DNA from: Klebsiella pneumoniae
GTDB taxonomy: Bacteria > Pseudomonadota > Gammaproteobacteria > Pseudomonadales > Pseudohongiellaceae
Reading direction: 5' to 3'
DNA: 64,000 nucleotides
Assembly: GCA_945902215.1 (NCBI GenBank)
Contig: CAMDML010000007.1
Coordinates: 4,178-68,177, forward strand
Both the position numbers and the translations under genes were made by a program. This document shows, in pieces, positions 9,106 to 17,733 of the stretch. Within the stretch, counting starts at the first letter, position 1, and the number at the start of each line of letters is the position of its first letter. The notes beneath the pieces were generated by a model. It was not told the DNA's origin. It made no database searches and worked only from the letters and a program-made list of their open reading frames with translations.

Positions 9106-10580
9106 ATCGCGCGCGTCACCCTGACCACTTCTTCCGGCGTGGTGAGTCCCAAGCGCAACTTGCTCAGCGCGTCTTCGCGTAACGTCAGCATGCCTTCCGC
9201 TTCCGCCTGTTTGCGGATGACGTTGGCATCGGCGCCGCTGGTGATCAGATGGCGGATTTCATCGGTGAGCATCAACAGTTCATACAGCCCCACGCGGCCA
9301 CGATAGCCGGTGCCGCCACAGCGCTCGCAGCCACTGCCGCGCTTGATCAGCGGGAAATCGTTTTTGTTGACGTTGAGGACCAGCGCTTCGTCGGCGGTCA
9401 TCGCGGCATCGTGTACGCAGCCGGTACAGACGCGGCGCACAAGGCGCTGAGCCTGAATCGCAAGCAAGCTGGAGCTCAAAAGATAACTTTCGATACCCAT
9501 GTCCTGCAGGCGTGTAACCGCGCCGGCGGCATCGTTGGTGTGTAGCGTTGAGAACACGAGGTGGCCGGTCAGCGCAGATTCGATCGCGATCTCGGCGGTT
9601 TCGTGGTCGCGGATCTCGCCGATCATCAGGATGTCCGGGTCCTGGCGCACGATGGAGCGCAAGCCTGAAGCAAAGCTGAGGCCGATGTTCGGGTTCACTT
9701 GAATCTGGGTAATGCCGTTGAGCTGATACTCCACTGGATCTTCCACGGTGACGATCTTGTGCGTCTCGTTGAGGATTTTTTCCAGCGTGGCATACAGCGT
9801 CGTGGTCTTGCCGCTACCTGTCGGACCTGTGATCAAAATCAGGCCGTGCGGCTGGGTGATCACGCGTGCGTAGTTGCGCAGGACATTCTCCGGCATGCCG
9901 AGGTCGGCAAGGTCGATCGACAGATCGCTGCGATCAAGAATACGCAGCACAATGGATTCGCCGAGCACACCGGGCAGCGTCGATACGCGCATATCGAGGT
10001 CGCGTGCGCCAACCCGGTAGTCGATGCGGCCGTCCTGCGGCAGGCGTTTTTCGCCAATGTCGAGCCGCGCCATCAACTTCAGGCGCGAGGCCACGGCCGA
10101 CTGGATCTTGACCGGCAGCCGTTCAATACGAGTCATGATGCCGTCTACACGGCAGCGGACTTCGAGATAGTTTTCATTGGGTTCGAAATGAATGTCGCTG
10201 GCATTGAGGTCCAACGCCCGCGCGAACAGATGGTTGACGAGGCGGATGATCGGCGCCTCCGAATCCATGTCGGCGAAATCTTCGTCTTGCCCCAGCACGG
10301 CGAAACTATCGTCGGTATCGGCAATTTGTGGCGACAATTCCGCACGCCAGTGCTTGATCAGCCGCGCCACCTCTTCAGCACTGCCGGCGCGGAAGGTCAC
10401 GTCGTCGCTCACCACAAAGCGCACTTTCGACCGGAAATCGATCGGTGGCAGCTGGGTGTACACCAACAGGCCGGTGGTGGCGAAATCCAGTGCTGGCGCA
10501 ATGCCGGCCGGTTCCAGCAGTTGGCTGAACACGGGCAGGGTCAAGGCGGGCAACAGTATGGCGCTCATGGTTGCATTCAT
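9102..10580 (-). CDS. gspE: Type II secretion ATPase GspE
   Basis: Walker A GPTGSGKTTT, Asp/His boxes, tetracysteine motif CTGC...CERCGGTG. Start trimmed to ATG 10580 (ATGA overlap with the gspM stop). Confidence 0.92.
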   Translation of the reverse strand: MNATMSAILLPALTLPVFSQLLEPAGIAPALDFATTGLLVYTQLPPIDFRSKVRFVVSDDVTFRAGSAEEVARLIKHWRAELSPQIADTDDSFAVLGQDEDFADMDSEAPIIRLVNHLFARALDLNASDIHFEPNENYLEVRCRVDGIMTRIERLPVKIQSAVASRLKLMARLDIGEKRLPQDGRIDYRVGARDLDMRVSTLPGVLGESIVLRILDRSDLSIDLADLGMPENVLRNYARVITQPHGLILITGPTGSGKTTTLYATLEKILNETHKIVTVEDPVEYQLNGITQIQVNPNIGLSFASGLRSIVRQDPDILMIGEIRDHETAEIAIESALTGHLVFSTLHTNDAAGAVTRLQDMGIESYLLSSSLLAIQAQRLVRRVCTGCVHDAAMTADEALVLNVNKNDFPLIKRGSGCERCGGTGYRGRVGLYELLMLTDEIRHLITSGADANVIRKQAEAEGMLTLREDALSKLRLGLTTPEEVVRVTRAI

Positions 10581-11107
10581 CCTGCCCGGCTGAAGCCGAC
10601 AACCGTGATGCTGCCGGTGAACTGGCGGCGGTTGCGCGCGATGCTGAGCGCAGCGATATGCAGCCGTGGGCGTAACGCTTGCAGTGCGTTCAGGAACGGC
10701 AGTATCTGCCGCTCTTCCAGCGTGAAGCTCATCTCCTGTGACACCAGCAGCCACTCACCGGCATGGTCGTAAAGTGCGACCGGGGTTTCGCGCACAGTAA
10801 TGCCCGCCTGCTCCACTGCCTGGCGCAGCGCACGCTGTACGCTGCTGCCGATCAGGTTGGGGTTATCGCCTGGGAAGACCCAACTTTCGAAATCGGCGAT
10901 CTCGGCCTGCTTCAGCGTTTCGCGCTCCATCCACTGGTCCTGCTCCTGGATCAGCGTTTGGTAACGCTCGATGCGTTCTTCCAGCAGCGCAATGTCTTCG
11001 CGACCCTGGCGGTAAAAACCATACGCCATGGGCAACACGCGCACCACCAGCACCAAAGCAACCAGTACGCCTGCGAGCACCGCCAATTTTTTCAGGTTGC
11101 TAGTCAT
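10577..11107 (-). CDS. gspM: GspM/PilO-like assembly protein
   Basis: 176 aa, a single N-terminal TM (LAVLAGVLVALVLVV) followed by coiled-coil and a periplasmic domain. Lies between the L-like gene and gspE. Confidence 0.6.
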   Translation of the reverse strand: MTSNLKKLAVLAGVLVALVLVVRVLPMAYGFYRQGREDIALLEERIERYQTLIQEQDQWMERETLKQAEIADFESWVFPGDNPNLIGSSVQRALRQAVEQAGITVRETPVALYDHAGEWLLVSQEMSFTLEERQILPFLNALQALRPRLHIAALSIARNRRQFTGSITVVGFSRAG

Positions 11108-11109
11108 CC

Positions 11110-12420
11110 TCAGGGTTCCACCACGGGATATTTCTGTTCATAGCCCGGGAAGTCGACACCGCTGACATTGAAGCGGATGCCAAAGCGCTGATCGCCACCT
11201 GTACTGTCGCCACCCGAACTGCTGCGACTCTGGCCCACGTTGTAGAAGTCTTCACGCTCAGCAAGCTGTTCGATCAGCAGCGCAGGGTCCTGCGCGAAGC
11301 CAGTGATGTCGACCTGCCCCTCGTCGATTTCGAACGAGGACAGCGAGCTGTCGATTAATTCATTCAGGGTCAGCAAAATCTTGCCAACATCCTGACGTGG
11401 ATACTCAGCGACGGCACCCCATGCGTCTTCCATCTGGTACACCGCGGCCTGACTCTGGCGCGCCTGTGTCGATTCTTCGCGGAGTTCCTGGCTGTTGTAT
11501 TCGAGGAGTTGGATTTGCACCCAGTTGTTGAGGAAGGGCAGGAGCAACACGCCAACCAAAACCCCTGCAGCAACCTTCGCGATGCGGCGCTGGTTGTGCG
11601 CGATCAGGTCGCGCCCGGCTTTTTCGGTTCCGGCCGGGAAGAAACAGTAGGAGGGCTGCGCACGCAGGACCTCTCGCAAGCCGCGCCACAGTTCCTGACC
11701 GCTGGCACTGATTGTCGCTGGACCTGCCTTTGCCAATTCCGCTTGCCACTGCGCTGCAAAGGCATCCTGTTCCAGATCCACTTGCCGGATGCATAGCAGT
11801 GCGCGCACCGCACTGCGGGTGCAAGTGACCAGCGTGGCGTGGCGCGAGTCCTCGTCGATCAACACTTCGTCGCTCGTGTCCGGGCGGGTTTGCAGCAACG
11901 CGAGGGTTCTGGGCATCAGTGCAGCGAGGGACAGTCCTTGGTCACTGAAGGCGGTGAATAGGGCATCTGCCTGCTGCGCTGGGTACCACAGTGCCACGCC
12001 CTCGCCGTCGCCGCCGTGCAGTCCGAGCAGTAATGCGTCGTCATACGCCGGCACCAGTGAATGCGCTTGCAGTTTCAGAGCGGAGCGCAGCATCTTGTCG
12101 CCGGAAATGCCCAAGTTGAAGCGGGTCGCGGCAAAGTCCGCGGGAGGGAGTAGCAACAGGATCGACAGCGGCGACTCGCGGCCTTGCAAGAGGCTGCGGG
12201 CAGCCTGCGCTATCTGTTTGGGTTGAGGTTTGGCGCCGGGCTCGGTAGCCTGTCGGTACTCACCGCTGGCGGTATTGATCAACACACCATCGATCAGCAC
12301 CAGACTGGCGTTGATCCGATCAAGAATTTCGCGATGTGCGGACGCGTCATACAGGGAGCGTATGGCTGTGCCGAGCTCCGGCAGCGCGAGTTTGTCAAAG
12401 GCGGCTCTGAGGGCGTTCAT
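11110..12420 (-). CDS. gspL: GspL-like (PilM/PilN-like fusion) assembly protein
   Basis: 436 aa: about 280 aa cytoplasmic domain, one TM (VAAGVLVGVLLLPFL), then a periplasmic domain. First gene of the secretion block. Assigned by architecture, not by strong motifs. Confidence 0.55.
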   Translation of the reverse strand: MNALRAAFDKLALPELGTAIRSLYDASAHREILDRINASLVLIDGVLINTASGEYRQATEPGAKPQPKQIAQAARSLLQGRESPLSILLLLPPADFAATRFNLGISGDKMLRSALKLQAHSLVPAYDDALLLGLHGGDGEGVALWYPAQQADALFTAFSDQGLSLAALMPRTLALLQTRPDTSDEVLIDEDSRHATLVTCTRSAVRALLCIRQVDLEQDAFAAQWQAELAKAGPATISASGQELWRGLREVLRAQPSYCFFPAGTEKAGRDLIAHNQRRIAKVAAGVLVGVLLLPFLNNWVQIQLLEYNSQELREESTQARQSQAAVYQMEDAWGAVAEYPRQDVGKILLTLNELIDSSLSSFEIDEGQVDITGFAQDPALLIEQLAEREDFYNVGQSRSSSGGDSTGGDQRFGIRFNVSGVDFPGYEQKYPVVEP

Positions 12421-12441
12421 CGGAACCGGGTTAGGCCAGGA

Positions 12442-13095
12442 TCAGCTACTGCGTTCCTTGGCGATCAGAAAGTCGACGATTTTCAGCATGTCGGCCTGCG
12501 AGGTGACCGAGTCGTTGACCGTTACCCGGTATTTACCGTTCACGATCAGGTTGGGCACACCGCGCACGCCGTAATCGCGCATCTTGGTGTCGGCCTGACG
12601 GACCCCTGAGGTCACCGTAAAGGAGCCCCATGCCTTGTCGAAATCAGCGGCAGCAACGCCTTGGGCAACAAACAGCTCACGGATGGCATCCTGCGTTTCA
12701 AGATAGTTGCCCTGCTGGTGAATTGCGCTAAAAGCCTGACTGTGGATCTTGTCGATAACACCCAATTCCATCGCTGCGAAATAAATCTGGGCATGGGTCT
12801 TCATCAGGTCGTTCCACATGCCGGGGCTGCGCACGAACACGACATCAGACGGAATCTTGACAACCCAGCTGTCTAAAAGGGGTTCGAAAGCGTAGCAATG
12901 CGGGCAGCCGTACCAAAAGATTTCGGTGACCTCGATTTTATTGGGGTCGACCGTGCGCACCGGCTCGGCAATGGTTTCGTAGTGGGTGCCTTCCAGATAG
13001 AGGGCGGGCTGGGCGGAGACCAAGGCCGCGCCGGAAAACAGCAGCACAAGGGCAACCAAGGTCTTGGCAAACAAAAAGTTGGAAAGTGTTTTCAT
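12442..13095 (-). CDS. dsbA: Thiol:disulfide interchange protein DsbA
   Basis: CPHC active site (FWYGCPHCYAFEP) and signal peptide MKTLSNFLFAKTLVALVLLFSGAALVSA. Start trimmed to ATG 13095. Confidence 0.92.
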   Translation of the reverse strand: MKTLSNFLFAKTLVALVLLFSGAALVSAQPALYLEGTHYETIAEPVRTVDPNKIEVTEIFWYGCPHCYAFEPLLDSWVVKIPSDVVFVRSPGMWNDLMKTHAQIYFAAMELGVIDKIHSQAFSAIHQQGNYLETQDAIRELFVAQGVAAADFDKAWGSFTVTSGVRQADTKMRDYGVRGVPNLIVNGKYRVTVNDSVTSQADMLKIVDFLIAKERSS

Positions 13096-13158
13096 AGAGA
13101 TTCCCGTTTTTGATGGCTGGCATAGCCGAACGTCTATCAGGGGCGCCGAGTATGCCAT

Positions 13159-13188
13159 CAAAAAGGGCGCCTTGGGCACCCTTTTTAC
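13159..13188 (-). terminator. Rho-independent terminator downstream of cytochrome c4
   Basis: Stem AAAAGGGCGCC/GGCACCCTTTT with one mismatch, followed by a U-run when read on the minus strand. A second hairpin ATCCGGG-CTGA-ACCCGGAT lies at about 13202-13220. Confidence 0.6.
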
Positions 13189-13225
13189 CCCGGTTCCGCT
13201 GAATCCGGGCTGAACCCGGATGGGG

Positions 13226-13876
13226 TCAACGCAGGCCGGAAATAAAGGAGGCAAGGGCCGCAATTTCGGCGTCATTCAGGCGGGCAGCGTTGGTGCGCAT
13301 AACTTCTGCTTCGTCATTCATCCGCTCCCCGGCGCGGAAGGCCTTGAGCTGCAATTCGGTGTATGCCGCGTCTTGGCCACTCAGCGCCGGGTAGCCGGCA
13401 GCATGGTTGCCCGCCCCGTTGGGGGCATGGCAGGCCGAGCAGGCGGCCACGCCGATACTGGCATTTCCAGCCCGGAACAGGGTTTCGCCCAGCTCACGTT
13501 TGGCCGGATCCACGGCACCTTGAGGTGCACTCTGGCTGGAGAACCAGGCGGCGATATCGGCCAGATCCTGGTCCGTCATGGCGTTCAGCATGCCGGTCAT
13601 CAAAGGGACGGCGCGCGTGCCGCTCTTGATTTCCACCAGTTGCTTGGTCAAATAGCGCTCTCCCTGACCACCCAGTTTAGGGACATTGGGCAGCAGGCTG
13701 TCATTGCCGCTTGCGCCATGGCAGGCCGCGCAAACCGCGGTTTTTGCCTGGCCAGCCTGAGCATCACCCTGAGCCAGTGCAGTACTGGTCGCGAGGATGA
13801 GCAGCAAAGCGGACAGGGCAGTTTTCACAAAACTCTGGATGGTCACGTTCTTGGTGGTCACATTCTTGGCTGTCAC
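13226..13876 (-). CDS. Dihaem cytochrome c4
   Basis: Two CxxCH motifs (CAACH, CSACH), a signal peptide, about 200 aa. Sits in the classical cc4-dsbA / engB arrangement. The start is ambiguous: three GTG codons lie within a 15-bp repeat. Confidence 0.9.
   Translation of the reverse strand: MTAKNVTTKNVTIQSFVKTALSALLLILATSTALAQGDAQAGQAKTAVCAACHGASGNDSLLPNVPKLGGQGERYLTKQLVEIKSGTRAVPLMTGMLNAMTDQDLADIAAWFSSQSAPQGAVDPAKRELGETLFRAGNASIGVAACSACHAPNGAGNHAAGYPALSGQDAAYTELQLKAFRAGERMNDEAEVMRTNAARLNDAEIAALASFISGLR
13841..13876. repeat. 15-bp tandem repeat (about 2.4 units) covering the cytochrome c4 start region
   Basis: Plus strand ggtcacgttcttggt / ggtcacattcttggc / tgtcac. Minus strand GTGACAGCCAAGAAT GTGACCACCAAGAAC GTGACC. 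Each unit begins with a GTG. Confidence 0.85.
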
Positions 13877-14064
13877 AAGTTATTCCTGTAAGCGGGTTTG
13901 CCTATCTATCTATCATCCTATCATCAGCCTGGCTGGCGTTAGTGTCCCGAGGACTCCGATGCGGCTGGCACTGCGGGGGCCGTGTTACAATTCGGCCCGT
14001 TTTAAGCGGGCGAAGTATACCCTAACGCCCGATCCTTCCCCAAGTTGGCCAAGCAGGAATATCC

Positions 14065-14712
14065 GTGTCCGAACCCGCAGTTGGCGGTAGCCTTAACTAC
14101 AATCTGGCGCGCTATCTGATCAGCGCCAGTACCCTTGAACAGTGCCCCCCTGACGAAGCCCGTGAAGTCGCTTTCGTGGGGCGGTCCAACGCAGGCAAGT
14201 CCAGCGCAATCAATGTGCTGACCGCCCAGACCAAGCTGGCTCGCACCAGCAAGACCCCCGGGCGTACCCAGTTATTGAACTATTTTGAAGTGGCCCCCCA
14301 GCGTTACATCGTGGATCTGCCCGGTTTCGGCTATGCCAAAGTACCCCTGGAAATGAAGAATCGGTGGCAGCGGCAGTTGGAGAAGTACTTACAGAGTCGA
14401 CAATCCCTACAGGGCCTGGTGCTCCTGATGGACATACGCCACCCCTTCAAAGAACTCGACGAAATGCTGGTCCAGTGGTGCCATGACTCCGAGCTGCCAC
14501 TGCACATCCTGCTAACCAAGTCAGACAAACTGAGTGGTGGCGCCGCCCGAGCCACCCTGCAAATCGTCCGCAAAAGACTTGAAACCTTAGGGCCAAATAT
14601 GACCACCCAGCTGTTTTCGGCCCTGTCGAAAGAAGGCGCAGAAGACCTGCGAGCCAAACTGGACAGCTGGCTGGTCCCAGCAGAGACCGTCGAGGAAAAA
14701 ACAGGGGGGTAA
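14065..14712 (+). CDS. engB: Ribosome-biogenesis GTPase EngB/YihA
   Basis: G1 motif GRSNAGKSS and the N-terminal pattern FLISASTLEQCPPDEAREVAF typical of YihA. GTG start. Confidence 0.92.
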   Translation: MSEPAVGGSLNYNLARYLISASTLEQCPPDEAREVAFVGRSNAGKSSAINVLTAQTKLARTSKTPGRTQLLNYFEVAPQRYIVDLPGFGYAKVPLEMKNRWQRQLEKYLQSRQSLQGLVLLMDIRHPFKELDEMLVQWCHDSELPLHILLTKSDKLSGGAARATLQIVRKRLETLGPNMTTQLFSALSKEGAEDLRAKLDSWLVPAETVEEKTGG

Positions 14713-14754
14713 AAAGAAGCGGGCCCTAACCACAGGAGAAGGCAGTTAGGGCCC
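14711..14754 (-). terminator. Rho-independent terminator (minus strand)
   Basis: 10-bp GC-rich stem GGGCCCTAAC (14721-14730) / GTTAGGGCCC (14745-14754) with a 14-nt loop. On the minus strand it is followed by GCUUCUUUUU, which overlaps the engB stop codon. Confidence 0.75.
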
Positions 14755-14826
14755 GGCAATTCCCGGTAAACCGGGAGTTATCTCAAACAGCAAGTTGGAA
14801 AATCGGGGAGAAAACCAGCTTGCTGT
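14711..14826 (-). ncRNA. Candidate small RNA in the polA-engB gap (position equivalent to Spot 42/ErsA)
   Basis: Bounded by a sigma-E-like promoter and a terminator. The predicted roughly 115-nt transcript has three stem-loops (CAGCAAGCUGG/CCAACUUGCUG, UCCCGG-UUUA-CCGGGA, terminator). Two loops are CU-rich and contain CUCC. Confidence 0.45.
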
Positions 14827-14830
14827 ATCT

Positions 14831-14857
14831 TATGACTGTCAGCAAACCAAGAAGTTC
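14831..14857 (-). promoter_or_regulatory. Sigma-E (RpoE/AlgU)-type promoter candidate
   Basis: Minus strand tGAACTT-N16-TCATA: -35 at 14857-14852, -10 at 14835-14831, spacer exactly 16 nt. Confidence 0.45.
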
Positions 14858-14937
14858 ATTCCTGTAGATAAAATTTTTACAGATTCGCTCGTTCCAACAC
14901 TGACACAGCCGCCAACCATTAAAAGAATGGGCCGGCG

Positions 14938-17733
14938 TCAGTGCGCCTGATCCCAGTTATAACCTTGGCCCACATCCACCACCAGCGGTACCGACAGCGC
15001 GGCCGCCGACACCATGCGGAAGCGTACCCCCTCCTTCAATAATGGCAGGTCGGCCTCGGCCACCTCAAACACGAGCTCATCGTGCACTTGGAGCACCATT
15101 CGGGCATCAAGTTCCGCCACCTTCAGCCACTGGTCGATATCGATCATCGCTTGCTTGATGAGATCGGCAGCGGTGCCCTGCATCGGCGCGTTGATGGCGG
15201 TGCGCTCGGCGGCTTTTCTGAGCATTTGGTTCGACGCGCGGATGTCCGGTAAATACAGCCTGCGGCCAAACAGCGTTTCGACATAGCCGAGCTCGTTGGC
15301 CTGCACCCGCGTGTTATCCATGTATTCGCGCACGCCTGGATAGCGCTGGAAGTAGCGCTCAACATATTCCTGCGCTTCACCACGCCCAATGCCGAGCTGC
15401 TTGGCGAGGCCAAACGCCGACATGCCGTAGATAAGGCCGAAATTGATCGCCTTCGCGCTGCGACGCTGGTCTGTGGTGACTTTGTCTACCGTGATACCGA
15501 AGATTTCGGCAGCGGTGGCGCGGTGCACATCGAGGCCTTCAGCGAACGCATTCACCAAGCCCTTGTCGCGCGACAAGTGCGCCATGATGCGCAATTCAAC
15601 CTGTGAATAGTCAGCCGACATCAGCACGTTGCCAGGATCGGGAATGAACGCCTGACGGATACGCCGCCCTTCTTCCGTGCGGATCGGAATGTTCTGCAGG
15701 TTGGGATCGGTGGACGACAGACGCCCGGTCGCCGCAATCGCTTGCTGGAAGGAGCTGTGAATGCGTTTGGTTTCAGGATGGATGTCGAGCGGCAGCTTGT
15801 CGGTATACGTGGACTTCAGTTTGGCGAGGCCGCGCTGTTCGAGAATCACGCGCGGCAGCTCATGGTTCTCGGCAAGCTCTTGCAGCACCGGCTCGGCCGT
15901 AGATGGCTGACCAGTTGCAGTTTTGCCAAGCACCGGACAGCCGAGTTTTTCATACAGGATTTTCTGCAACTGCGCCGGCGAGCCGAGATTGAATTCCTCG
16001 CCCGCCAGTTTGAACGCTTCACGCTCAAGCTCCTGCAAGCGCACGGCAAGCTCCTGGCTCTGCTTGCCCAGCACCTGCACGTCGACGCGAATGCCGTTTT
16101 GTTCCATGCGCGTCAGCACCGGCACCAGCGGGATTTCGAAATAGCGGTAGACCTCAGCGAGCTGGCCGGTTTGTTGCAACTTGTTCGTCAGAATGCGCTG
16201 CAAACGGAAGCAGTAATCGGCGCAGCTGGCCGACCACGCACCCGCTTGCGCAATGTCGAGCTGCGCAAAGGTAAGTTTGTTGCGGCCCTTGCCAAGCAAT
16301 TCTTCCAGCAAGGGCAGATCAAGTTCGAGATGTTCTTTGCAAAGCCGCTCCAGGGTGTGTTTGTGCGCCACTGAATTGAGCACATAGGACTGCAGCATCA
16401 AGTCGTAGCGGCGACCGCGCAGGTTGATACCGTGATTCAACAGCACGTGGCTGCTGTGCTTGAGATCGTGACCGATCTTGAACAGCTCCTGCTTTTCCAG
16501 CGCGGGCTTCAACGCGGCAAGGACATCCGCAAGCGGCAGCTGCGCTTCCGCGCCCAGCATGTCGTGCGCCACGGGAATGTAGCTGGCGTGTCCTGCTGCA
16601 TGACTCACCGAAATGCCGATGATGCGGGCGAGTTTGTAATGCGCGCTGTCGGTCTCAACGGCCAGCGCCATCAGCTTGTTTTTGGCGAGTGCGGCGGCGA
16701 GCACTTGCAATGCTGCCGCGGTGTTGACAATGTCGTAATAGACTTCGGTCGGTGCGGCAGGTTCAGGTTCGGTTGTTAATTCGGGCTGGGCAGTGCTTGT
16801 TGCAGTTGGAGCAGCCTGTTTGGCGGTGCTGGTATTTTTGCCTTCTGTTGCGCCTTCGCTTTCTTTCACGCTTTCGCTTTCCAGCTCCTTGACCCAGCTT
16901 TTGAACTCCAGCGTTTTGAAGAGAGCGAGCAACGCACTCTTGTCGGCCGGCTGATGTTTCAGCTCGGCCGGGCCGAACTCAAGTTTGACATCGAGCTTGA
17001 TTGTCGCAAGACGTTCCGACAGCGCGAGCTTGTCGAGATTGCCGCGCAAATTTTCGCCGGCCTTGCCCTTGATGCTATCTGCTTTCTCCACCAGATTCGC
17101 CAGCGTGCCGTATTCCTGCAGCCACTTCACAGCGGTTTTTGGCCCGACCCCGGGCACGCCGGGGATGTTGTCGGACGAATCGCCCATCAAGGCGAGATAT
17201 TCGACAATGCGCTCCGGCGGCAAGCCGAACTTGGCGGTGACACCGTCGCGGTCGAGCGTTTCGTTGGTCATCGTATTCAGCAGGGTGACGTGGTCGTTGA
17301 CGAGCTGCGTCATGTCCTTGTCGCCGGTCGAGATCAGCGTGCGGATTTTCTGTTCCCATGCCTGTTGCGCCAGTGTCCCAATCACATCATCTGCTTCGAC
17401 GCCATCAACGATCAACAACGGCAGGCCCATTGCGCGAATCAGTGTGTGGATCGGTTCGATCTGGCTGCGCAGCTCCTCCGGCATCGGCGGCCGGTGTGCT
17501 TTGTACTCTGGGTAGATGTCGTCGCGAAAAGTCTTGCCCTTGGCATCGAACACAACGGCAATGGGGCTGTCGGGATATTGCTTGAGCAAGCTGCGGATCA
17601 TGTTGATGACGCCCTTGATCGCGCCAGTCTGCTGACCTCGGGTGGTCGTTAGCGGGGGCAGCGCATGAAAGGCGCGGAACAGATAGGAGGAGCCATCTAC
17701 AAGAATCAACGGCACCTGGTTTGTTTCACTCAC
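14938..17733 (-). CDS. polA: DNA polymerase I
   Basis: 931 aa. 5'-nuclease N-terminus PLILVDGSSYLFRAFHA, polymerase motifs ...DYSQVELRIMAHLS..., QVHDELVFE. GTG start overlaps the znuA stop (GTGA). Confidence 0.97.
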   Translation of the reverse strand: MSETNQVPLILVDGSSYLFRAFHALPPLTTTRGQQTGAIKGVINMIRSLLKQYPDSPIAVVFDAKGKTFRDDIYPEYKAHRPPMPEELRSQIEPIHTLIRAMGLPLLIVDGVEADDVIGTLAQQAWEQKIRTLISTGDKDMTQLVNDHVTLLNTMTNETLDRDGVTAKFGLPPERIVEYLALMGDSSDNIPGVPGVGPKTAVKWLQEYGTLANLVEKADSIKGKAGENLRGNLDKLALSERLATIKLDVKLEFGPAELKHQPADKSALLALFKTLEFKSWVKELESESVKESEGATEGKNTSTAKQAAPTATSTAQPELTTEPEPAAPTEVYYDIVNTAAALQVLAAALAKNKLMALAVETDSAHYKLARIIGISVSHAAGHASYIPVAHDMLGAEAQLPLADVLAALKPALEKQELFKIGHDLKHSSHVLLNHGINLRGRRYDLMLQSYVLNSVAHKHTLERLCKEHLELDLPLLEELLGKGRNKLTFAQLDIAQAGAWSASCADYCFRLQRILTNKLQQTGQLAEVYRYFEIPLVPVLTRMEQNGIRVDVQVLGKQSQELAVRLQELEREAFKLAGEEFNLGSPAQLQKILYEKLGCPVLGKTATGQPSTAEPVLQELAENHELPRVILEQRGLAKLKSTYTDKLPLDIHPETKRIHSSFQQAIAATGRLSSTDPNLQNIPIRTEEGRRIRQAFIPDPGNVLMSADYSQVELRIMAHLSRDKGLVNAFAEGLDVHRATAAEIFGITVDKVTTDQRRSAKAINFGLIYGMSAFGLAKQLGIGRGEAQEYVERYFQRYPGVREYMDNTRVQANELGYVETLFGRRLYLPDIRASNQMLRKAAERTAINAPMQGTAADLIKQAMIDIDQWLKVAELDARMVLQVHDELVFEVAEADLPLLKEGVRFRMVSAAALSVPLVVDVGQGYNWDQAH

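Noticed and set aside
9699-10772. 357-aa plus-strand ORF antisense to gspE. Similar long antisense ORFs occur at 13220-13891, 17721-18365, 28862-29488, 42413-42997, 59911-60648 and 61690-62328.
   Set aside because: These are typical shadow ORFs of GC-rich DNA. Each lies entirely inside a strongly conserved gene on the other strand and has Arg/Ala/Gly-rich, motif-free translations.
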